Below, in pieces: positions 38,101 to 48,306 of a DNA stretch of 64,000 nucleotides. The notes below the pieces were generated by a model, which saw only the letters and a list, made by a program, of their open reading frames with translations, did not search any database and was not told the DNA's origin. The DNA comes from Bispira polyomma. Taxonomy: Eukaryota. The translations under genes were made by a program, and so were the position numbers. The stretch spans positions 76,012,001 to 76,076,000 of the forward strand of contig OZ287748.1 of the NCBI GenBank assembly GCA_965649765.1, given 5' to 3'. Each line of letters opens with the position of its first letter. Positions within the stretch are counted from its first letter, which is position 1.

Positions 38101-40369
38101 CTACTGGTCGTGTGTTTTTTTTTTCCTCTACCCAGTTTTAAGTAATATCCACACAAATTAGCTTAAAAGATGCACAATATTATCCTCTGTGTGAAACTTG
38201 TAATTTTGTAAAATAATAAACACTTAAGCAGGCAATTGGATTTTTAGTGATAATGTATAAAAATTTCCAATATGGCCGCTGATAGCTTAAGATTTTTGAT
38301 GTTGTTAGTTTGATTTCTGACTTAATAATGAGCTTATCATAGGAAGGGCGCCAAAGCGCTGGGGAGAATAAGAGAGATTTGGAGGTGTTATCTGAATGCA
38401 GCGTTGGGGTGAGGAGTGACTGTGATAAGCAAGTAGTTTGAAAATAGAAGTACAGTAAAGTACAGCATTTCCGCGGCTGACTAGCCATGCTACTTCGTGG
38501 CAGTGACAAAGAAATCCCAAAAGGTTATGGGCCTCCATAAACAAAATTCTACATCAAACATCGAACAAAGTTCTCTCCATAAATCACTGCCTTACATTTT
38601 TAGCCGATAAAATCAGCAACATTCATGATGGTTTTCTAACGATATATCACTTCAAGCCTCCAACCCCAGGATATGAGGTTTCTAACCTGTTACATTTCAG
38701 TACACTGTTAGAGCAGGATGTTTAAAACTCATGAAATCCTCTTTCTTTAAATCTTGTGAATTAGATCCTATTCCAGCAGTTATTCTAAATCAATGCCTTG
38801 ATATTCTAGTCACACCCATAACCAACACATTAAATTTTTCTCTTCGGATGGTGTTTTTCCCACCTGTTTCAAGACCGCAAATGTAAGTCCCTTGATAAAA
38901 AACAAAAGCTTGATAAAAACCAGCTCAAAAACTACAGACCGGTGTCAAACTTCAGCTTCGTCTCAAAAGTTATCGAGAAAGCTGTAGGACAACAAATTTC
39001 TGACAACCTAAATAGACAAAACATCGAAAATCGCCACCAGTATGCTTACAGAAAATTCCACTCTACAGAAAGTGCCCTTTTCTCTATCAGCAATGATATC
39101 AATCTTGCACTGGACTGCAATGACACAGTGGCCCTTACCCTTCTGGATCTCTTAGCAGCATTCGACACTATTGATCATGGCCTCCTCTGTGACACTCTCA
39201 AGCAGTGGTTTGGTATAAATGGCAATGTCCTTAAATTGATCAGATTCTACCTTACTCTTAGAGCACAACAAATTAGATTAGATGATCACCTATCATCTTC
39301 CATAAACCTACCATACGGAGTACCCCAGGGATCCGTCCTTTGCTCTCTACTTTTTACCCTTTATACACATCCTCTCGGCACTGTCATCAATAATCATAAT
39401 ATAAAACACCACAAGAATGCAGATGACAGTCAAGTCTATCTCTCTCAATCCACAAAACACAAATATTGACCTACTGTCTCCAAACTAAAACTTAACCCGG
39501 ACAAAACAGGAAATAGGAAACAAGGAAACAGCAAACTCTTAAGATCTTTGTTTCCCATCTCCCTGCTAGGAAAAGACATACTACCTTCTGAAAATGGCAA
39601 AAACCTGGGTATCACTTTTGATTCAGCTTTTTCGTTTGACACTCATCAGTCGCTCCTGCTATTATCATATACGCAAAAGCAAAAGAACCTGAAACCATCT
39701 TTCCATGGACACAGCGATAACTGTGGCAAATGCTCTTGTGAGTAGCCGCCTCGACTACTGCAGCTCTCTTCTGTACGGTGCATGCTCCCACTTTCTTCCT
39801 TATGACTTAGCTATGTCCATGGACTAAATGATTGAATCAATGATTCTGCTGTTGCGCTTTAGAAGATGCCTAGCATCAATAAAGAGCTTTAAAAATTCAT
39901 AATAATAATAATATAATAAATAGTTCAAAACACACATAGAAGGCGCGCCCAGTAGAATGTATACCTCCAAGCAGGCGCCATAGTGCCAAAAAGTAAAACA
40001 AATTTGAGGTAATTGTCCTCATTTTTAAGAGAATCCATGTGCAGCAATGAGCTTCTTACCGTCTATGTTGTCTCTGAGCAATCTTACCTGAGGGCATCGT
40101 CTTTCTACCTTTTGTTTCTTATTGAAAAAAAACTGGCTGGTTCAAAATCATTCAAAGTTGCAGCGACTGCTGAGTCCAATAGTCTCCCTTGTAGTACTAA
40201 CACTGAGATGAGGATTACAGGTTCAGGAAAAAGCACAAAACACACTTGTATCAACTCACTTTTCTGACTAAAATTGCATCTCCTGGTCACAACTAATGGA
40301 CAAATGTCTGAGCCACTGCTTTTCCAAAAGGGAAAGGAAGTCAGAAACAGTTGTCATCAAGAAAATGCT

Positions 40370-40705
40370 CACACGGGGAAAATGGATATGGTGGTGGGTA
40401 GGCAAGACTAAAAGACAGGTTTTCAATTCAGTTCTCGAACAAGTTTAGTTACTTTGTAGTCTTTCAGCTTGTGGGAGTTTATTCCACTATACTGGAGAAG
40501 CAACAGCAAAGGCACGTCTTACAATCCACTTAATATTTGAAATAGAGATTGACAACCTCCTGCCATGTGTATTGGGTATTGGTCCTGATGAGAACGGGGA
40601 AAAATAAGGATGTTGAAATTGATGGCCTGAAACTTCAAAATATTCTACTTAAAAGTATTTGTTGTCACCTGGATAACTAGTGGAGTCTATGCATGTGAGA
40701 TGATT
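40370..40705 (-). mobile_element. L2-type LINE 3' fragment, paralog of 28490-28760
   Basis: FAVASP..WNKLPQ..RTELKT..LAYPPP. Confidence 0.75.
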
Positions 40706-41576
40706 CACTATTAATAAAGATTTCAGTTGTAAAGTGTTTGTATAATAAATTTGATATTTAAAAAAAATACACAAAAGTTAACCATTTACCTATTACTTTA
40801 AGCTTTCTGTGAAGTATAATAATAACGTTTGAGTAAGGTGTAACACAAGAATGTGTTAGATAAAAAAGGATAATCAACTCCATCCATTACCTCTCTCTCA
40901 TGTTATTATCAACAGATAAAGTTACTATTTCTGATTTTCATGGAGTTTCTTGGTTCATTGAATGAAGATCACAAATTAGACTTTATCAATCAAGTAATGA
41001 GTTGGTTAATATAGGTGAACCTCTTATTGTTGACAGTAAATAGTTCGAGAAGGTTTCAAGTTTCAATTTTACGTTTAGGTGCTTGCTACAACAGGGGTCT
41101 CTGTTGGACTCTAAAACTATTACCAACAGATTACATGCACAAGATGAGTTACACATTGCTGTTGTTTTGCTGACTTTGGTGATAAAATCTGTCTAAACCA
41201 CTACTTTTAAGCACAACTAAGTACATGAGGGAATACCATGAAAAATATGATTTTCATATTCTCGTTGGAGAGAGTGCTTTAATCTTAAAATAGCTGACAT
41301 TGATAAAATATCTGAATTTTGTTTTTGCAAATACGGTAAAAGGCTTTCCAGAGTATGTTGCAGTTCATTGCACTAAGGTTATTTGGTAAGAATTGGTAAA
41401 CCTAGAGACTGAATTCCCGAGCTTTTTTTACCAACACTTTATGGCCTCTTCCGTTCCATTTAATAGATATGGTGAACACTTGTCACCATAGATTTTAATA
41501 CTATCCAACAAAAATGCCCCATGAACTGAAACCCTAGCTGGGAAAGAGTGGGGAATCAGTGACAACTTATGTGGTC

Positions 41577-42100
41577 AGTTCCTCAGGGTGTGGGCAAATG
41601 ATAGATGATTAACCAACAACACGTAGTGAGAAAAGATTGCGGTTAAAAACTTTATTTTATATATATGATTTCTACTGCTAACATATTTTTATATACAGTT
41701 TCTTTGTAGAATAGGTAATACTGTTGTGGGCATAAGGTCCCCTTAACTCAAGTGAGTTTAAGGCCTTAAGCTTATACAAAGCTTGGGTTAAAGTGACCTC
41801 AGGTATAATGAGTTTAAGAGTATAAGTATGCCAAAGTTGAGTTTGAGTCCAAACTTAAAGGATTTGAGTTTAAGGTTGAGAGTTTAAGTTTGGTAGAAAT
41901 TTTCGTTTAAGGGCAAACTTAAGCGATTAAACTTTAAATTTATGCTAGTCTAAAGTTTGACTTAGAGTTTTAAGTCGAACTGTAGAAACTTGAGTACAAT
42001 ATGTACTAATATAATGAAGGGGGGACCTTATGCCCAAAAAAGGTATATTATTTAGTGTTATTTAGACATATCTTAAGCCTAAAATTTTAAGTTAGACCAC
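41577..42100 (-). repeat. Split direct repeat B2 (3' end of element 2)
   Basis: Matches 43193-43608. Confidence 0.95.
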
Positions 42101-43036
42101 TTGTATGGCGTATGTATATAACATTTCTCAAGTAACCATGGTACATGTAAGAACTGCAAGTACAAAAACTGATAAAAGTTTAAAAAATTAACAAATGTAT
42201 AAAAGTTACAGGAAAACCAGGTTCCCACTAAAATAAATTTATAAAACAGGCAAGCCTGACATCACAGTTTACTAAATATATAATGGACCATGTTTAAAAG
42301 AGTAATATATGATATAGCCTTTGAATCACGTAAACCCACTGGCCAGTCGCTATTCTGATATCGTTGTCAGTCGGCCATCTTGAAACCCAGATTCCATGCA
42401 TATAAAATAGAATTGTATTTTTCAACTTCCCTACTAGCTCAGTCTGCAAGCACCTTACTTGATCGACCAATACGATCCCTTAACCTATGAAAACAAGAAA
42501 AACCAAAAACAACCAAAACTCAGTTGGGAAGTTACAGTGACATAAATTATTTAAGTAACAGTTATTTTAATATATGATATCAACATCTGCAGGAATCTTG
42601 GTCCAGAAATACTGGGGCTCCATCGTGATACTGAGGCTCCATGAAATACTGAGGCTCCGTGCAATACACTGAAGCATCCTGAAGACAATACTGAGGCTCC
42701 AATCATACTAAAGCTGGAGAGAAGCACCACCACTATACAGAGAGGACCTGGCCCAGGCACGATCGTTTGCCATCACTGTTCATGAAACACAGATAGAAGA
42801 CACACAACAAGAAGCACAGACAAACCGGCCAGGTCCCAGCGCGATGCCGCTCCAGCAAATACCACAGAGGTTAAACGCATCATATACATCTACATGAGGA
42901 GCTTGCATAACATCTGAAATGACACACACTTTTTTCAGCAGAAATCTGTAAGTCAGAGCTCTCGTGCTAGGTAACTATACATTGATAAGTCAGCCAGTAT
43001 ATCATATACATTTATCACCAAGGGCAGCGGAGGGTG

Positions 43037-43192
43037 GGTATTTGAATTTTCCTAGTGCTCTGCTGACAAACGGTAAAAGGCGGGAGAATTTGAAAGGGGG
43101 ATGGTTTATATACTCGCCCATCCATCCCATAGTAGTGAACAGCCTGGTACCCCAGAACTGAGGCCGCCAACGCTGGGGGCGTTAGCTTTCAC
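43037..43192 (-). repeat. Split direct repeat A2 of element 2
   Basis: Near-identical to 48151-48306 and directly abuts B1. Confidence 0.95.
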
Positions 43193-43608
43193 AGTTCCTC
43201 AGGGTGTGGGCAAATGATAGATGATTAACCAACAACACGTAGTGAGAAAAGATTGTGGTTAAAAACTTTATTTTATATATATGATTTCTACTGCTAACAT
43301 ATTTTTATATACAGTTTCTTTGTAGAATAGGTAATACTGTTGTGGGCATAAGGTCCCCTTAACTCAAGTGAGTTTAAGGCCTTAAGCTTATACAAAGCTT
43401 GGGTTAAGGTGACCTCAGGTATAATGAGTTTAAGAGTATAAGTATGCCAAAGTTGAGTTTGAGTTTGACTTAGAGTTTTAAGTCGAACTGTAGAAACTTG
43501 AGTACAATATGTACTAATATAATGAAGGGGGAACCTTATGCCCAAAAAAGGTATAATATTTAGTGTTATTTAGACATATCTTAAGCCTAACATTTTAAGT
43601 TAGACCAC
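43193..43608 (-). repeat. Split direct repeat B1 of element 2
   Basis: Matches 41577-42100 but lacks the 108 bp corresponding to 41849-41956. Confidence 0.95.
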
Positions 43609-43631
43609 CAAGCCCCAAACTAGTAGGTGTT

Positions 43632-44605
43632 TTATAGGACATCTTTAAAAGAATCTGCAACTTGAGTACCAGCATCAGCAGAGTCTGAGATGTAACGCCA
43701 CATGCAATCCGACGTCCAGGTGCCATGTTTTTGAATATCCTGAATCTTGACATTATTGTTAAATGCAAAGGTGGCACCTGAACATCGGAAGACGTGAAAG
43801 GTCAAGCCAGAGTATTGAGTACCAAGTAAGGAGAGTACATTTTTGAGGTGCCTTCGCACACGTGTGTCCGTTAGTGGAACCCACGAGCCTTGGAGTTTAA
43901 ACTGAAATAATGGGAGATTTTTCCCTTTAGGTGAGATGGCTAACACAGCTTTCAAGGCTTGAACAGGACAAAGAGTTGAATTATTTATACTAGGGATGGT
44001 TAGCAAACGAACTGCATCATTTCTCTGCAGCGTCTTAGACCATTTAACCATTATGACTGCATACTCTGGCTTAAACAGAACATCAGCTCTAGCTAATTGC
44101 TTAAGAGGAGAGTAAGACCCCATTGAATGAGGACACAGATTGGATAAACGAAAGAAAGTAAAAAAACTTGTCAAATAAACAGCCTTGAAGATTTGGCCCA
44201 TGTAAGTACTATCACATTTACTAATGAGAGCCCTAAGCAAGTGTACATCAAAAATTGACTTCAATTTTGCTTGTAAAGGTCTATGCATGGCCAAGGCTTT
44301 AGTGAAATAAGAAATTCTCTGATCAGAAAATACTTGAACATCTATATGACACATAACACATTTTGCCTTCACAGCCGAGATGTGATTTACTACCTGAGAG
44401 GCCAAAACACCATTGAAATTTAGAAACTCTAAATACGCTAGAATTTGCAACACAGTCACCTTGTGGGGAGGCCATGACATAAAGGCTCCAAAAGCTAGGA
44501 ACTGTCGGAACATTCTGTCATATGCTTTATTAGTAGCAGGAATGAGAGCTGAGTTCAGCCTATTACAAGCCCGTCGCATCAGAGCCAGACCCACAGGGTG
44601 ATTGC
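43632..44605 (-). CDS. Tyrosine recombinase of element 2 (open frame, probably a spliced exon)
   Basis: 320-aa open frame with catalytic RLSNL (R), KWSKT (K), HVFR (HxxR) and HGTW...RY (H/W, Y). Preceded by the acceptor tttttcttttccag. Confidence 0.9.
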
Positions 44606-44629
44606 CTGGAAAAGAAAAACTGAGACCTG

Positions 44630-47060
44630 TTATATAAGAGTATTCACATAAAGTAAATTTTCAGGGGCAGGAAGCCATTGAATTGGTCCAGCCAGTTGGT
44701 TCAATAATAGGTGGTTATTTTCTGTCTCAGCCCATCTGGAAAGTAAGTCAGCCACTTTGTTCTCTCTACCTAGAATGTGGACTACAACAATTTCAATGTC
44801 AAGCTTACTGGCTAACATGTTTCTGGTATAAGTGGCCAATATGGGGTCTAGTACGGCCTGTCTGTAAGACACTGACTACTGCCTGATTGTCACATCTTAC
44901 TAAAATTCTCTGACCCTTCCATTTTTGGACCCATAACTTCATTGCTACCAAAATGTTCAACATTTCAAGAGAAGCTATATTATACTCTGTCATACTTGTA
45001 GGAACTTTAATTTGGTATACTTGGTTTCCATAAATCCCCCCCATGCCTGTGAGGCAGGCATCCAATTGTATCTCGCCTGATATGTAAGAAAAAGGAGACA
45101 CCATTGAACTGCTCTGCAAAAGTTTTAAACCAATTTAAATCACGTCTGAATGCATCACTTATTACAATTTTACTTTTACTGTGATTATCTCGTAGCAGTT
45201 CCAACATTCTATTCAAGAAGACTGTAATTCTCTTTTGGTACAATAATTTTTTGAAGCCCAATCCCTGCACTTGCTCTGAATTTCTGCCATTTTTTCGGAT
45301 GGGATAGAAGTTGTGCATTTGACTGTGTCGATTAGTATGCCCAAGCATACTACCTCAGTACTGGGTGGAACCAAATTTTTCTGACTAACTGTGAGGCCTA
45401 GTTCAGCAAGTAATTCTTGCAGTCTTATAAATGTTTTCTGAATTTTGCTGGGAAGTGATACACATAAAAAATCGTCGATATAATTGTGGACGTTATGATT
45501 TTCAGAGTGCATTATGAAACGCACTGCATCCGAAATTCGTTGAAAAATAGTGCTGCCATTCAAATAACCGAACGGCGGTGATTTATCGACATAGTCAGAT
45601 TTTCACTTCAGCCCTAAGAGGTCAATGTCGCCAGGGTCAATGGGGACGTGGCGAAACTCCTTACTCACATCTATTTTAAATATCTGACACCCCTTACTCA
45701 ATATAGACACTTCAGTAGTAAGATGATCAATAGAAGGGTAAGACAGTAAAAAATCGACACCCAGATATGAAGTCGACGAAGCACCTGCATTTACGGAAGC
45801 CCCTTGAGGCCAACTCAAATCCACAATCACACGTCGGTTAATTGAGTTGGGTTTATGTCGGGTCATTAAAGGGGAGCAATGCAAATTCGGAATTGGTGGA
45901 GTGTCGAAAGGACCAAGCATTGCCCCAAAGCCACATTCTTCCTTCATATAGGCGTCTACATGTTGAGGAAATTCCTCTGCCGACTTATGGTTATTTTCAT
46001 TCAACTCGAATTTTTCGACACACATCAAGAGGGAATCCGTATTTTATAAGGAGAAGCATTTGCTAATCCCAGTAAGTTTGTAAATACTTTCCCCACGTTT
46101 CAGCTTTTAATTGAGAATGGACAGGAATCTGGAGGCCAGTATAATTATGCCTGCCATCAAGACGTATTTTCTTATGCATTTCTAATATGGATAGTTCGTG
46201 CCCTCCCCCATCATGGTCGGCAATCTCACCGCCCAAACCGAGAGAGGAATAAATCCATAAGCATGACTACTCTGGTCCTGCCATTTTTTGTGTGTTAGAT
46301 TCGAGGCCACCTTCTGCAGCAACTCCCTTTTGTTTTTCTTGTGCTTTAAAGCACACGAATACTTGTCAGAGATTTCAACATTTTCATTCACACGTTCTGC
46401 GCAAGTACTTGTCTCTTGGTGCTTTGCAAAGCCCCCATTGTTACCCGGCGTGTTACTAGAGCGAACGGCCCTCACAATGACTGCATTGTCCTCCACAGGT
46501 ATCTGTGCCAACGCGGAAAACCGATTGCTAAGCTGAAGGCCACAGTTAGCTTCATTAACGCGGCTCTTTTCGCCCCCCCCCCTTTGAATCGATTTTCTAA
46601 CACTTTTTGTCTCCACGCCCTGTTTCTTTGTGCATGGGGGTCGCTTCACAATAGGTGTCACTTTGTTAACCACTTGAATGGAGGTGCCAATTACCGGTGT
46701 TAACTTTTCAAACCTTTGAATAGATGTGGCAGCAGAGGTGTCAACATTATTCTTGAGTTCATCTCTGCCAGCCTTTTGTGGTTGGCAAAATCTGCCCTTT
46801 GTCACCTTTCCAGAGCTGAACCTGTCAACCCCACCCTTATGGCTCAGACTTTCTGTATGTCCAGTACTATATACAAACATTGATTTCCTGGTACTAGCAG
46901 TACTTTTTAAAGCATCACTATAACTAACATCAAGCCTTTTGACCTTCATATAGCTACACATTTTCTGATACACATTTTTTCCCAACAAATGAAAATCTTT
47001 GAATCCTGTGCCGTAGACAGTTCTATTTACAACCTTAAAATTTTTCACCTTTTTAACCAC
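44630..47060 (-). pseudogene. pol: Pol (long basic N-terminal extension, reverse transcriptase, RNase H) of element 2, multiply frameshifted
   Basis: YGFIPL, RRVIVDLSWP, KIDVSKEFRHVPIDP, NYIDDFL (RT YxDD), LDACLTGMGG, LEMLNILVA, CDN and NKVADLLSR (RNase H), spread over ORFs 46182-47060, 45603-46028, 45213-45563, 45007-45348, 44805-45119 and 44630-44872. Confidence 0.92.
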
Positions 47061-47080
47061 TGCATCAGAGCAGTGGCCCC

Positions 47081-48081
47081 TCAGTTTTTTGCCTCTTTTT
47101 TTTTGCTACACATACTGGTCTTATGACTACCCCCACAAGTTTCACAACCATGCCTATACATCTGCCCCCCTGTGTTGTGTGAACTAGAGAACTTGCAAGT
47201 CCCTTCCTGGAAAAACCTGCAAGGTGTCGACTTTTTCAGACTAGTTTTACTGCTGCCAGTGCTAACAGCACGGCCATTCACCCCATGCATAGATCTCGAC
47301 ACACCTACATGACGTTGGGCGTGTGCCCTGCGAATCCGGTCGGCCTTCTCGACATCCAACCACCCGAGCTTGTCTATTTCCATATTGGTCAGGACTACCG
47401 CGTGGCAGGCCTTCGCCGCCTCCCACGTAAAGTCTTGGGCGTCCTCCATGAGGCCACTCATATAATCTAGCATAGCGTTCTTAATTTCAATCGACTTCTC
47501 CTCCTGAGCGATCCGGGTGAAGCCACAAACCCATTGTACAAGGGTTAGGTCGTCATAACTAGGGCGAGTCTTCGAGCCGCCCGTCAGCACATAATTCTGG
47601 GGTCATTCGACCGCCTTTTTTACAATAAACTCGTTTCCCCCAGTTCTCTGAGACTAAATTTGACTTGCAACTGAATGTGAGCGTTCTGATTCAAGAATTC
47701 GATACTCGGAACGACAGTATCTGGGCCAGTAGGTGGGCCTTTACCTTCGTCAGCAGAGACTAGCTCTTTAGAAACACTAGGAGTAATGCTAGAAGGAACG
47801 GTACTTGCCTTACTACTGGTGAGGTTGGCTGCTAACGCTGCCTCTGTCTGCTGGACTCGCTGATCCATCCTCTCGACCACCTGACTAAGGGATTGTAACT
47901 GCTGTAGTATAGCGCTAGATACAGCCTCGTTCGGATGAACCAGCGAGTCCTCATGAGAGCCAGCGTCAACCTCCACCCCCTCACCCGTGATATCAGGCAT
48001 ATTAACCGAACAGTTTCTTCCAACCGGCCTTTCATGCATTTGCAAACATTTTGGACAAAACACAGTCTTTTTACCTGGCAT
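47081..48081 (-). pseudogene. gag: Gag-like ORF1 of element 2 (disrupted near 47590-47670)
   Basis: N-terminal CPKC-x3-H-x7-C knuckle, central PQNYVLTGGSKTRPSYDDL block, C-terminal Cys/His finger (CRFFQEGTC...HGCETCGGSH...C), ending AKN*. Split across ORFs 47620-48081 and 47081-47590. Confidence 0.85.
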
Positions 48082-48150
48082 GACTTGAGTGTATATTGAA
48101 TTAAAATACTAAAACCACATAACAGTATAAACTCTCTTTGTCACCCAAAC

Positions 48151-48306
48151 GGTATTTGAATTTTCCTAGTGCTCTGCTGACAAACGGTAAAAGGCGGGAG
48201 AATTTGAAAGGGGGATGGCTTATATACTCGCCCATCCATCCCATAGTAGTGAACAGCCTGGTACCCCAGAACTGAGGCCGCCAACACTGGGGGCGTTAGC
48301 TTTCAG
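48151..48306 (-). repeat. Split direct repeat A1 (5' end of element 2, contains a TATA-like element)
   Basis: Near-identical to 43037-43192. The minus strand contains gagtatataa. Confidence 0.95.

Larger units (their letters stand above)
33303..38507 (-). mobile_element. Second YR retrotransposon (element 1, Ngaro/DIRS-like, different family), inserted in a LINE; no A2/B2 repeats visible
   Basis: Gag, RT, RNase H and YR remnants in the same order as element 2. Removing 33303-38507 restores an in-frame LINE ORF2 (ENQD-QRNPKRLWASINKILH). Confidence 0.9.
33130..39913 (+). mobile_element. 5'-truncated L2/CR1-clade LINE, split by element 1 into 33130-33302 and 38508-39913
   Basis: KSCELDPIP, NYRPVSNFSFVSKVIEK, LLDLLAAFDTIDH, GVPQGS, NADD, KLNPDKT and SRLDYCSSLL motifs. 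The 3' tail gattctgctgttgcgctttagaagatgcc is followed by (aat)n. Absent from the paralogous site at ~28130. Confidence 0.92.
31550..41257 (-). pseudogene. Toll-like receptor-like pseudogene b (unit B), interrupted by the LINE and element 1
   Basis: MKIIFFMVFPHVLSCA at 41257; IVTLSVDNN; ILNQAYNK; ILLINSQIETVSF; LKLKSVLMARKYI; LRYYY*RNNH; SDIPFH; Val-rich TM at ~32150-32220; TIR-like region 31560-32050 homologous to 26600-27050. Confidence 0.6.
41577..48306 (-). mobile_element. Ngaro-type tyrosine-recombinase retrotransposon (element 2) with split direct repeats A1-gag-RT/RH-YR-B1-A2-spacer-B2
   Basis: A1 48151-48306 matches A2 43037-43192 (156 bp, ~3 mismatches). B1 43193-43608 matches B2 41577-42100 apart from a 108-bp gap. 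Gag, RT, RNase H and YR motifs are present and no DAM methylase is visible. The paralogous empty site (gtggtc|tttataacc) lies at ~29418-29432. Confidence 0.95.

Noticed and set aside
42608-42701. CRISPR-like repeats inside element 2
   Set aside because: The intervening sequences are only a few nucleotides, so this is a degenerate tandem repeat.
43632-44594. Phage integrase or bacterial contamination
   Set aside because: The YR is embedded with gag, RT/RNase H and split direct repeats in animal DNA.
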